This document shows positions 11,273 through 24,698 of a stretch of DNA of 64,000 bases, in pieces (within the stretch, counting starts at the first letter, position 1; each line of letters starts with the position of its first letter). Under the pieces are notes generated by a model. That model was not told the DNA's origin. It saw only the letters and a list, made by a program, of their open reading frames with translations, and searched no databases. The stretch comes from Phyllobates terribilis (taxonomy: Eukaryota): contig NW_027362770.1 in NCBI RefSeq assembly GCF_046119375.1, positions 191,394,001-191,458,000 on the forward strand, in the 5' to 3' direction. The translations under genes and the position numbers were made by a program.

Positions 11273-13454
11273 TGAGTAACAGGGAGGAAATGGTTGAGGA
11301 GGTAAAGGTGGCTGGGACCCTAGGAGGCAGCGATCATGCTATTATAGAATTTTGGATAACTAGAGGAGGAAGACATGTGAAGACTCAAACTTCAAGGTTA
11401 GATTTTAGAAAGGCAGATTTTAAGAGACTCAGAAAGAGAATAGGAGGGATCCAATGGCTGGATGTCCTTAAGGACAAAAATGTCCAGGAAGGATGGGAAA
11501 TTTTTAAAAATGAGATTCTCAAAGCACAATCGTTAACAATCCCGAAAAGTAGGAAGAATGGGAAGCATTTAAGGAAACCAGGATGGATGAACACAGAACT
11601 TAAACACATGCTAAAAAGAAAGAAAGAAATGTTTATTAAATGGAAAGAGGGAGGCATATCTAAAGAAGATTATAATGCAGTCTGCAGATCCTGTAGGGCA
11701 CGTATCAGGATAGCTAAAGCTGACAATGAATTAAGGCTTGCAAGAGATGTCAAAAGCAATAAAAAAGGATTTTGGGGGTATGTCAAAAGTAAAAGAAAAG
11801 TCAAAGATGCTATAGGATTTTTACAGGATGAAAATGGAGAAATGGTAAGAGAGGATGTTGAGAAGGCCGAACTTTTTAATTCCTATTTTGCATCTGTTTT
11901 CTCTCAGAAAAAAATGCAACATCAACTGATCTTCACTGTCCTTTTAAAGGAATAGAGGAATCCAAGTTATCTGTAAACAGAAAGATTGTGAGGGAATATT
12001 TAGCTAACATAAATGAGTTCAAGTCTCCAGGTCCAGATGAATTACACCCCAGAGTACTGAAGGAGATCGTAGAAGAAATTTTAGAACCACTCTCCATAAT
12101 CTTTGAAAATTCTTGGAGAACAGGAGAAGTCCCAGAAGACTGGAGAAAAGCAAATGTTGTTCCTATCTTCAAAAAGGGGAAGAAGGTGGACCCAGGGAAC
12201 TATAGGCCGGTGAGTCTGACTTCTATACCAGGAAAGATCTTTGAACAAATTATTAAACAACATGTATGTAAGTACATGGATAAGAATGAAGTGATTAACC
12301 AGAGTCAGCATGGGTTTGTAACTAACAAGTCATGTCAGACTAACTTAATTTCCTTCTATGACAGAATCACTGACTGGGTGGATCAGGGAAATGCTGTAGA
12401 TATAGTATATCTTGACTTCAGCAAAGCATTTGACAAAGTATCTCACACCATCCTTATTGAAAAAATGACCAAGTATGCAATGGACCAGGCAACTGTTAGG
12501 TGGATTCATAACTGGCTTAGTGATCGGACTCAAAGGGTGGTTGTAAATGGCTTCACATCCAGCTGGATGAATGTCTCAAGTGGGGTACCACAGGGCTCCG
12601 TCCTGGGACCCGTATTGTTCAACATCTTTATCAATGATTTAGATGAAGGAATTGAGGGTAAACTGATTAAATTTGCTGATGACACAAAGCTAGGAGGGAT
12701 AGCTAATACTAGAGAAGAGAGAGAGAGGATTCAAAAAGACCTAAATAAACTGGAGCAGTGGGCAGCAACCAACAGAATGGTTTTTAACAGGGAAAAATGC
12801 AAAGTACTACATCTGGGCAATAAAAATGAAAAAAGCATATACAGAATGGGAGGAATAGGACTAAGCAACAGTACATGTGAAAAAGACTTAGGTATACTAA
12901 TAGATCATAGACTGAACATGAGTCAACAGTGTGATGCAGCAGCAAAAAAGGCAAATACAATTCTGGGATGTATTAACAGAAGCATACAGTCTAGATCACG
13001 TGAAGTCATTATCGGTCTTTACTCCTCTTTGGTCAGACCTCATCTGGAATACTGTGTACAGTTTTGGGCACCACATTTTAAAAAAGACATAGACAAACTG
13101 GAGCAAGTTCAGAGAAGAGCGACCAGAATGGTGACTGGTCTGCAAACCATGTCCTATGAGGAACGGTTGCAGGATTTGGGAATGTTTAGCTTGCAAAAAA
13201 GAAGACTGAGAGGAGACTTAATAGCTGTCTACAAATATGTCAAGGGCTGTCACATTGTAGAAGGATCATCTTTATTCTCATTTGCACAAGGAAAGACTAG
13301 AAGCAATGGGATGAAACTAAATGGGAGGAGACACAGATTAGATATTAGAAAAAACTTTTTGACAGTTAGGGTGATTAATGAGTGGAACAGGCGGCCACGA
13401 GAGGTGGTGAGTTCCCCTTCAATGGACGTCTTCAAACAGAGGCTGGACAGACAT
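11272..13454 (+). mobile_element. CR1-clade LINE, truncated at both ends; ORF2 with one frameshift near 11910-11990
   Basis: Endonuclease C-terminal GGSDH, RT motifs YLDFSKAFD, QGSVLGP and FADD, and a 490-aa open stretch at 11988-13460. No 3' UTR or terminal repeats. Confidence 0.95.
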
Positions 13455-13466
13455 AATTGAATGTCC

Positions 13467-13543
13467 ATTGGTCATATGACATTCTCACCCAATAGAACAG
13501 CGATCTGACAGCATTGCTCATTTGCATGTCCGGTCTATAAATA
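13467..13543 (+). promoter_or_regulatory. H2B promoter: CCAAT boxes, octamer ATTTGCAT (13520-13527), TATAAATA (13536-13543)
   Basis: Canonical H2B octamer-TATA arrangement, nearly identical to 20898-20974. Confidence 0.9.
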
Positions 13544-13589
13544 CGGCCGCTCTGGGAGGAGCAGGATCATTATTCTCTCTCTCCAGTGA

Positions 13590-13991
<402 letters not shown>

Positions 13992-14022
13992 TCTGCTCCA
14001 AGCTCTGTACCCACAACCCAAA

Positions 14023-14065
14023 GGCTCTTCTAAGAGCCACCCACCCCGTCTACATCAGAGCTGTG
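14023..14065 (+). terminator. Histone 3' stem-loop (GGCTCT-TCTA-AGAGCC, 14023-14038) and HDE (CAGAGCTGT)
   Basis: Matches the SLBP stem-loop consensus followed by ACCCA and a U7-complementary element. Confidence 0.95.
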
Positions 14066-14291
14066 GCTGCTTGTCCGTGTCTTGCTCCTCTCCCTGGGGA
14101 ACATGAGGCTGCACTGACTGGTACCTCGTGTGTTAGCAGGAGGGCCATTTTGGGTCAATACTTCCAGCCATAGAGGGCAGGAAGGGATTAGAGGATGATA
14201 GATGGGGAGGATGAGTTATATTGGGATGTGGAACATTAGGATAAGTCTGATAATAGAGGAGCAGGTGCCGGCAGCCATAGATACTCGCTCA

Positions 14292-14850
14292 CCCTTCACT
14301 AGCAGCAGGGGTCTGATGTAGAATTAAAAAGTCACTTTTAACAGATTATTTTAACACTGCAGCTAAACCAACAATTATCTAAACAGACACAAAACCTGCA
14401 TATAAAGTGCAAAAGTCAATAATAAACCATAGTACAGTCTCACCAGTTGTAGTCTTCTGAAGAGGCTGTCCATATGAACCCTGTCGTGTCCTGACAAGGA
14501 CTTTACCCAAATGTGGTCTATCCTGCTTGTAATGTCTCCATACAAACCCGAGACATCACTAGCGGGATAGACCGCACTTTGGTTCTGTCCTTGTCCGGAC
14601 GGGAGACCTGCTCGGGGCACTACAGGGAAATTAGGGAGCCCTCGTCTCCATGCCCCTCCTGATTATATGGACGGCCTCTTCACAACTCTACAAGTGGTGA
14701 CAGTACCATTTTTATTATTGCACTGGTTGACTTTTGCACTATATGTTTTGTATCTGTTTAGATATCTATCTGTTGGTTTAGCTGCAGTTATAAAATTCTC
14801 TATTAAAAGTTACTTTTTATATATCGGATCCCTGGTGCTAGTGATTTACC
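14292..14850. repeat. Imperfect palindrome of about 550 bp (old fold-back or MITE-like element), centre near 14545
   Basis: 14292-14480 is the inverse of 14663-14850. The inner arms GTCCTGACAAGGAC / GTCCTTGTCCGGAC and 14508-14539 / 14551-14583 also pair. Confidence 0.7.
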
Positions 14851-15466
14851 TTGATGGGATCATTGTGCCCCTTGTGGGTTATTGCTGTTTCTATAGTTCA
14901 CCCCTCACTCGTGGAATCCTGTTCTCTCCCAGAACACTGGGTCCTAGTGCCCTCTGTTTCCATTGTTCTGCTGCCAATAGATGGAGATGGGCTGTTAACT
15001 CTTTCAGTGCTCGGCACGTTTCCAGCACTTTCTCGCTGATCCTCCTCTGATGTTACACACCTTTTGCTCCGCAGACTGGTGAAGGCACCTGGTCAATAAG
15101 CTCCTAAAGATTGATCGATTTCTAGATCTGAATCTGTCACTGAGAAGCCGATCACTTGTTTATTGCAGCAGAACCTGCCGCTGAGATAAATGAGCACAAT
15201 ATGGAGGGTATAAAGCGCTTCATGGAGGAATACAGCCGTATATTAAAGGTATACAGCACTATATGGGGAAACTGTATATGGAGTTTATACAGCGCTCTAT
15301 AGGGGTATACAGCAGGATATGGAGCTTATACATCACTGGATGGAGGAGAGTATATAACTCTATAGACCTCACAGTGAGTTATTTCCAGGTGTCACAGTGT
15401 AATTCCTCCGAGCAGGATGTCACCAGAGAGGAATCAGGGCTGTGACTATTTCCACCATCACAGTAG

Positions 15467-15997
<531 letters not shown>

Positions 15998-16009
15998 TAA
16001 CAACACAAA

Positions 16010-16025
16010 GGCTCTTCTCAGAGCC
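16010..16025 (+). terminator. Histone 3' stem-loop of H4 (GGCTCT-TCTC-AGAGCC)
   Basis: Consensus stem-loop 13 nt after the stop codon. Confidence 0.93.
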
Positions 16026-16639
16026 GCCCACATCTTCTGAGGAGGAGCTCCTGCTGCTGGGGAGGGCGAGGGGCTGGAGACCCCCTGTGCTGGGGTGACT
16101 GCAGGCTGCTGCTCCAGGGGCGGCTGGAGACATCGCAGGCGCTAATGGGTTAACACTGAGGAGCTGCCTGTGGGCGGAGCCATAGCCCTGCTGAGCGCTG
16201 ATTGGCTGAGCACTGAGTGTGATTCCTGCTCTGAGGCTGATCTCTTCTGCTCTGTGTAACATGTGGTGTCAGGATGGCGGCTGTCACCGGGTGATCAGCT
16301 CTTGCAGGGTGACTAAATATCTGGTTACTCCGCACTGTGGAGGGTGTACAGTACAGTATGGGCGTGGAAAGCTTATGGGCATCTATCGCACTAGATGAAT
16401 GGTATCATGAAGGGAACTTGTTTTCTGTATATTCCATCTTGTTCCCTGAATTACCCAAGTACTTGAACCCCTCCCACCTTAAATACAAGACTCCAGGTCA
16501 TATCCATTGTGCATGTCAGGACCACCCTGAATACTTGCAATTCCTTTGTTTCCTGTCTATATAAACCTGTGAGTCTAAATAAGCAGAAATTTACATTGTG
16601 TATAGTTATCTGCAAAATAATAGTGCTAAAAACAACCAT

Positions 16640-18074
16640 CAGCAGAGCGATGTTTAAATTTAGCGCCAAAATCACTGATTGGTCACCGCTGGCGTTCGCG
16701 ACCAATCAGCAGAGCGTTGTTTAAATTTGGCGCCAAGCTCACTGATTGCTGGCCGCGACCAATCAGCACAGCAGTGTTTAAATGTGGCGTCAACATCGGT
16801 GATTGATCGCGGGCGCTATTTAATGTGGCGCCCAAATCGGTGATTGGTCGCGGGCAGCGGCCGCGATCAATCAGCACAGCGGTGTTTAAATTTTGCACCG
16901 GTCTCCGCACCCGACCAATCAGCAAATCGTATTGGTGATGACCGGGGAGCGGCGCTGCCTGTGCGGCTACTTCCGCTGCGAGAAGCCGGGACATGAGCGA
17001 CTGCTCGCAGCAGCTCGCTGTCCGCGACCAATCACCCATTTGGGCGCCACATTTAAATATCGCCCGCAACCAATCACCAATCTTGGCGCCACATTTAAAC
17101 ACCGCTGTGCTGATTGGTCGCGGACGCTGCCCGTGACCAATCACCGATTTGGGCGCCACATTTAAATAGCAGCCGCGACCAATCAGCACAGCGGTGTTTA
17201 AATGTGTCTGCAAGATCGGTGATTGGTCGCAGCCGCTATTTAAATGTCGCCCAAATTGGTGATTGGTCGCAGGCAGCGTCCGCGACCAATCAGCACAGCA
17301 GTGTTTAACTTTTGCAGCAAGATCAGTGATCAGCAACATTAGCGCCAAATTTTAACAACGCTCTGCTGATTGGTCGCGGTCGCCAGCCGCGACCAATCAG
17401 CAGTATTGGCGCAAAATTTAAACCCCGCTCTGCTGATTAGTCGCAACGACCGGCGGTGACCAATCAGCATTATTGGCGCCAAATTTAAACACAGCTCTGC
17501 TGATTGGTCGCGGCCGTCGGCCGTGACCAATCTGCGATATAGGCGCCAAATTTTAACACCGCTTTGGTGATTGGTCACGGTTGCCGGCCTCGACCAATCA
17601 GCGATTTTGGCGCCAAATTTAAATACCGCTCTGCTGATTGCGCCCTGTCGGCCGCATACATATTCTAGAATACCCGATGCATTTGAATCGGGCCACCATC
17701 TACTCTATATATATAATCGTCTTATCCCGTCTGTCTTTCTGTCTGTCTGTCCAGGAAATCCCGCCTCGCTCATTGGTCCGCCAGCGGCAAATCAGCGACG
17801 CGGGATTTCAGAAAAAAGATGGCGGCCGTTAGCCCACGACCAATCAGCGATCTTGGCGCCACATTTAAACACTGCTGTGCTGATTGGTCGCGGACACTGC
17901 AGGCAACCAATCAGCGATCTTACCGACATATTTAAACACTGCTGTGCTGATTGGTCGCGGACGACCAATCAGCGATTTTTGCGCCAAATTTAAATACCGC
18001 TCTGCTGATTTCGCCCGGTCGGCCGCATACATATTCTAGAATACCCGATGCGTTAGAATCGGGCCACCGTCTAG
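16640..18074 (+). mobile_element. Two head-to-tail non-autonomous Helitron-like copies with CCAAT-rich internal repeats (junction near 17700)
   Basis: Each copy ends in a subterminal hairpin CCCGAT..ATCGGG (17673-17692 and about 18044-18063). The second ends in CTAG|T at 18074. The same family is at 54933-57097. The left boundary is approximate. Confidence 0.75.
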
Positions 18075-18359
18075 TTAATATATAAACCCAACCGTTAATT
18101 AAAATAGGGACACTGGTTAGGAATCTACAATAGATTACATCCCCTTTATCTGTTTTCTATCTGGACTTTAGTGGATCATGGTCACCAATAATACATACTA
18201 ATTCATTAACTGTGATCCAATATACATCCTCAACTGGATGTATGTACAATTGTTATTAAGAAATGAATATTTGATTTAATAATTAATAAAAGTTAATTTT
18301 TATTCACATCCTTTCCCTATTCTTTCCCTCTCTTCTCCCTTTTCACAGCATATCGCAGA

Positions 18360-20215
18360 TATTAAGACTCTGACACTGTTTGCTCCATGAGCCTCCAGAT
18401 GAACTCTATAACGGAGGGGGGCTATCGCCCCATATCGTTGCTCCTATTCGCTTTCAATCTCCTTGAGCAGCATGTTCACGCTGAACTTTCCTCTAATCTC
18501 TCATGTAACTCACTATTCGACAACCTACAATCTGGCTTCCGTTCCCACCATTCCACTGAAAATGTCCAGACCAAAATTACTAACGATTTACAGCCAAAGC
18601 CAACAGACAATTCTATACTCCTCCTTCTTGACCTGTCCTTTGCCTTCAATACAGTTGACCACTGCCTCCTACTACACATCGTCTCTTACTCATGCATCTT
18701 TACCCTTGGCCTGGGACAACTTTAAGTCCCATGGCTTTCAGTACCATCTGAATGCTGATGAAACTCAGATCTACAGGTGCATCTCACAAATTTAGAATAT
18801 CATCAAGCAAACAGTATCACTGTGCTTGATTGGCCCGCAAACTCGCCCGACCTTAACGCCATAGATAATCTATAGGGTATTGTCAAGAGAAAGATGAGAC
18901 ACCAGACCCAACAATGCAGACGAGCTGAAGGCTGCTATCAAAGCAACCTGGGCTTCCATAACACCTCAGCAGCCACAGGCTGATCACCTCCATGCCACAT
19001 CGCCGCATTGATGCAGTAATTGATGCTAAAGGAGCACCTGCCAAATATTGTGCATTTACTGAACATACATTTCAGTAGGACAACATTTCGGATTTTAAAA
19101 TCATTTTTCAAGCATTCTAATTTACTGAGAATGATTTTTCTGTTTTCATTGGCTGTAAGCCATAATCATCAACATTAACCGAAATAAACACTTGAAACAG
19201 ATCCCTCTGTTTGTAATGAATCTATATAATATGAGTTTCACTTTTTGTATTGAAGAACTGAAATAAATTAACTTTTTGATGATATTCACATTTTACGAGA
19301 TGCGCCTGTACCTCTCTGCTGTCCAGAATCCCGAAGTATCAGCCATATCCTCCTTTTTCTCCTCTCGCTTCCTCAAGCTCAATGTGGACAAATCTGTACT
19401 CAATCTTTCCTCCGTCTCACGTATCCACTCTACCCCATCACAATAAATGACATCATATATTCCCCTGTGCCGGAAATTCACTGCCTTGGAGTAACCATTG
19501 ACTCTGCTCAGTCCTTCAAAACCCACATACAAACTTACCACCTCCAGCTCAAAAATATTTCCAGAATCCGTCCTTTCCTCAACCCTCAATCTATTAAAAT
19601 GATTGTGCATGCCCTCATCTCCCACCTTGACTAATGCAACATCTTCCTCTGTGGCCTACCTGCGAACACTCTCGCACCTCTCCAGTCCGTCCTTAACTCT
19701 GCTGCCTCACTAGTTCATCTCGCTCGTCCCCCCTTTACAAATCCCTTCATTGGCTCCCAATTCATCGATCTAAAACAAAGCCATCCATAACCTTTCTCCT
19801 CCGTACATCTCCGAACTAATCTACCGATATCTTCAGTCTCCTCTCCTCCACACTTATTTGTTCCTCACCCAATTGCCGCCAAGACTTCTCCAGATTATCC
19901 CCCATCCTCTGGAATTCTTTGCTCCAACATGTCCGATTATCCACATTCGGATCCTTCAAACGTAACATGAAAACCCATCTCTGCAAGAAATTTTACAACT
20001 TGCAATGACCCCGCTGCCACTGCAACCCCCCCCCCCCCCCTTCAACCTACAGTCTCCTTCCCCATCATCCTGTAGAATATAAGCCTACAAAGGCAGGGTC
20101 CTCTTCCCTCTGTTCCAATCTATCATTGTTAGTTTACATTCTGTAAGTAACCCCTCCTCATGTACAGTACAACACTATGGAATTAACGGTGCTATATAAA
20201 TAATCTCTGCTATAG
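18360..20215 (+). mobile_element. Decayed L2-clade LINE split by a Tc1 derivative
   Basis: RT remnants (LLDLSFAFNTVDH; the ADETQIY|LSA motif is interrupted at 18773) and an L2 3' tail near 20180-20205. Confidence 0.8.
18774..19308 (+). mobile_element. Tc1 internal-deletion derivative with TA TSD
   Basis: TA|CAGGTGCATCTC...GAGATGCGCCTG|TA, containing WPANSPDLN-like transposase C-terminal remnants. Confidence 0.85.
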
Positions 20216-20243
20216 AACAGATAATTCCTGAGATCAGCGGCGC

Positions 20244-20284
20244 CAGCTCTTGTGGTGACGGTGTGGATGGCTCTTAGAAGAGCC
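20244..20284 (-). terminator. Histone 3' stem-loop (20269-20284) and HDE (ACAAGAGCTG) of H2A
   Basis: The reverse complement reads GGCTCT-TCTA-AGAGCC and then AAGAGCTG. Confidence 0.93.
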
Positions 20285-20319
20285 TTTGGGTTGTGTGGAT
20301 GATACAGGATCAGCGGCGC

Positions 20320-21422
<1,103 letters not shown>

Positions 21423-21453
21423 TCTGCTCCAAGCTCTGCTCCACCAACCCAAA

Positions 21454-21495
21454 GGCTCTTCTAAGAGCCACCCACCTCGTCTACATCAGAGCTGT
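21454..21495 (+). terminator. Histone 3' stem-loop (21454-21469) and HDE of H2B copy 2
   Basis: GGCTCT-TCTA-AGAGCC-ACCCA followed by CAGAGCTGT. Confidence 0.95.
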
Positions 21496-21654
21496 GGCTA
21501 CTTGTCTGTGTCCTGCAAGAAATTCTTTGCAAAAACGTATTGCAGAAAATATAGTTGACCACCAGGATGGATCCATGAAAGAGAAGTTATGCCTAACCTA
21601 CATGTTAGACTTCTGAGAAGGTAAGTGCTATTTTGGTTGTTAGTCATGCGTCCG

Positions 21655-22740
21655 ATGTGATATATCTGGACTTTGCAAAGGCGTCTGACGCTGAACCACA
21701 CAACAGCCAGAAGCCGGGACTCGGTCCAGTATGCAGATGGGTGAAGAACTGGTTAAGGGACAGGAAACCTGTTTTAAATGGTAGATTTTCTAAGTATGAT
21801 ATTGCCAGAAGTGGGGACCTCAAGGATCTGTACTGGGAGCAGATGTGGGCGAAGCACAGAACTGTTGGGGATTTTGAATTTCCCGCTCTTTTTACTGTCC
21901 TTTTTCCACTTTCTATCATGAGGATGTTGGTCACAAATGGTTCTGATAGTGAAGTATACCCTACATATCCAGCTGTATACCCCCTTATAATGCTATATAC
22001 CATCCATATAATGTTGTATACCCTTTATATAGTGCTATAGATCCTCCATATACTGCTGTAAATCATTATGTGGTGCTGTATACTCCCCATATAGTGCTCC
22101 GTATACCCCCATATATACCAGATACTCAGATCCCGCAGCCCCTACATTGGAGACCACCCTATTGATCATTTACAGTCCCCACAAATCCCTGCACCATAAA
22201 TGAAAAGTGCTTCAGGAACTCATCCCTTCTCCTGAAACACCCTGACCCCACAATAAAGAGGTCAGATAAGGCAGATCACTGGATCACCACCTTTTTCTGC
22301 TGCTCCTCTTTACAAAGTGTGAATTCTGCCTGATGCAAAGCTTTTACCTCTACATCAGGTGATTCATCTAATAATCTGTTAGGTGGGGACCACAAGGATC
22401 TGGACTGGGAGCAAACTGGGGCCAAAAAGAGGTTTGGAATAATTATCTTTAATCTCTTCATTAATGACCTTGTGAAGGAGAGTAAAGTTCCAGTCTACAG
22501 AAAAGAAGGACTTGGGAGTTCTGGTTACAAGTTGAGCAATCAATATCAGGCAGCAGCAACAAAAGCAAATAAGATTTGAGGATGTATAAAGAGATCATTT
22601 GATCCCAATGTATTTGTGGCCTCTAGATATTTATAGAGGGGTAGCCTTTATAATATGGGATCCAGTTTGAGGCTCCACGTCTTAAAAGTATTAAAGGTGT
22701 CACCTAGATTAACATTAGCATGTTATGAAGGACTCCTGCT
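21655..22740 (+). mobile_element. Scattered, decayed CR1 RT fragments (about 21655-21840 and 22370-22740)
   Basis: YLDFAKA and GGGGACC(T/A)CAAGGATCTG(T/G)ACTGGG (PQGSVLG-like) remnants. Confidence 0.6.
21840..22130 (-). pseudogene. H4-locus flank with the gene missing (empty locus, partial copy)
   Basis: The reverse complement resembles the H4 upstream spacer up to CTGTGCT and joins directly to CGCCCACATCT, the same junction as 62945-62963. Confidence 0.55.
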
Positions 22741-22749
22741 GGTCACCTC

Positions 22750-23130
22750 TCACTTAATGAACCCATTCTCTGAGCACTGGGTCCTAGTGCCCTCTGCTTC
22801 CAGTGTTCTCCTGGTAATGGGGGAGGATGGGCTGTTAACTCTTTCAGTGCTTAGCTGCATTTTCATGTTTCTCAATGTTCAGATCTGCACTTCCTCTGAT
22901 GTTACACACCCTTTGCTCCCCAGACCAGTGGAGAAACCTGATCAATGAACTTTCAAAGACTGATCTATTTCTTGGTCTGAATCTCACATTGTTCATTTAT
23001 CTCAGCAACCGATCCTGCTGTGAAAAACAAGTGATTGGCTTCTCCATTAATAACAAAGGACAAGATGGTGGGTATAAAGCACCATATAGATTTATACAGC
23101 ACTATATGGGGGTTTATGGCACTACATGGA
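22750..23130 (+). repeat. Histone-cluster spacer repeat (paralogous to about 14920-15300 and 51520-51865)
   Basis: Shared blocks such as GGGTCCTAGTGCCCTCTG, GATGTTACACACC and GATCTATT..GGTCTGAATCTCAC. Confidence 0.8.
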
Positions 23131-23233
23131 TGAATACAGTAATTTTTATTTATATAGCGCCAACATATTCCACAGCATTTTACATTTTAGAGGGGACTTG
23201 TACAGACAATAAAACACATTACAGAATAACCTG

Positions 23234-24479
23234 TATAAACCTATAAGAGAAATGGTGCACCCCAAAAATGCAACTCAGTGCTAGAGAAAGAATTAAAAGA
23301 TATATATTTTATTTAGGTATATTTAAAAACCAAAATCACTACAAAAATATAAAAGAAAGATCAATGGGTATGAGGTGAGAGATACATGAAAGAAAGATCA
23401 CAGAGGGGCATAGGGGCTCTATATATAAGGGTGCATAAGGGTCCTTTGTATTAATAGATGCCAAAACGGCAGTATTCCTGGTTTAAGCCACAAACATGCA
23501 TGGACTCGTAGGACAGTACCAGTGCCATGCGCACAATTCAAATAGCAACCTAGTAAACAGTATACACATATATGTGCGCTCGCCACTTAACATGAGTCAG
23601 GCTTACCCATATGTATCCCGTTGTGATCGCGCCCCGACGTGCGTTTCACGTGGTAGGCTTCCTCGGGGGGCGGTGTGGTATGTATGAGGTCTCATGTCCA
23701 TTTATATCCCCATCCTCAATCAAAATGTCCATAACAGCCATTGGTGACGGCGCACGCGAGCGAAATCCCGGCGTCCATAGGTCACTTCCAGCCATCGCGA
23801 TGACGGCGCGGGTCAGGAAAGTGTTTCCTGTGATGTCATTTCCCGCGTCACATCGTATGGATGCCTTCGGTGATGATGGTGCTGCAGGGATCCACCGCAC
23901 GTGCGCACATCCAGGTGGCCATTTTCCTTATGGGCAAAAATGAAGGGCAGAACTCACCACTCTCTCATCTTAAATCATTGTCCAATTAGTGGGTTGTGGA
24001 GAGTATTGGGACCGGGGGACCAAGAGAGGAGCATAGAGAGACAACAAACGGGACAGTCACAATCCGTATGGGAACAAGTAAATCTCATTAAATGGGACAT
24101 CACTCAAATGCAATATGCGTCGGCATATGTGGTCCCAAGGAAGACAATCCTATATTTCTTCTGCGTTCCCAAATCTAGGACTGTGTTTATCTCCATATGC
24201 GCTCCATTTCTCACAGGATCCCATAATGGCTTATAGAGTTGAGGGTCACGTCCATCAATAGGTAGGGTATATAAATAGAGACATCAAAGATAATCTTGTA
24301 TCCAACTATGGAATGTGAAAAGAGTATATAAAAATCAGTTAAAAGAACAACATACAAATTTAAAACCATTTGGAGAGAGAGGGACAAAAACACGGATTAG
24401 CTCTTATAGAAAAGGTGAGAACGATAGTTTTTCATTTAGCCCAGAGGGGGACATGGTGTCCAGAGCAAAAATCCAATGA
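23234..24479 (-). mobile_element. Inverted Penelope-like 3' module: ORF end plus pseudo-LTR type B
   Basis: 24403-24478 is the inverse of 27702-27778. The module's terminal about 80 nt (23234-23310) reappears in sense orientation at 24491-24570. Confidence 0.85.
23630..23672 (-). ncRNA. Minimal type I hammerhead ribozyme motif, degenerate core (CCGAGGA)
   Basis: Reads CGCCCC-CCGAGGA-A-GC..GT-GAAAC-GCAC-GUC-GGGGCG, with a perfect 6-bp stem I. Confidence 0.65.
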
Positions 24480-24698
24480 CAAAAAAAAAAATATATATAT
24501 ATCTTTTAATTCATTCTCTAGCATTGAGTTGCATTTTTGGGGTGCACCATTTCTCTTATAGGTTTATATACTTTATGATGTGGTAAAATCCCCTCTTTCC
24601 CCGTGTATGGGATAACATGTGAGTTAATCACCCGTTGCGTAGGTATTATGCATATATTGACTATACTGTGTATTTTCACAGCTATTCAACCTGAACGC

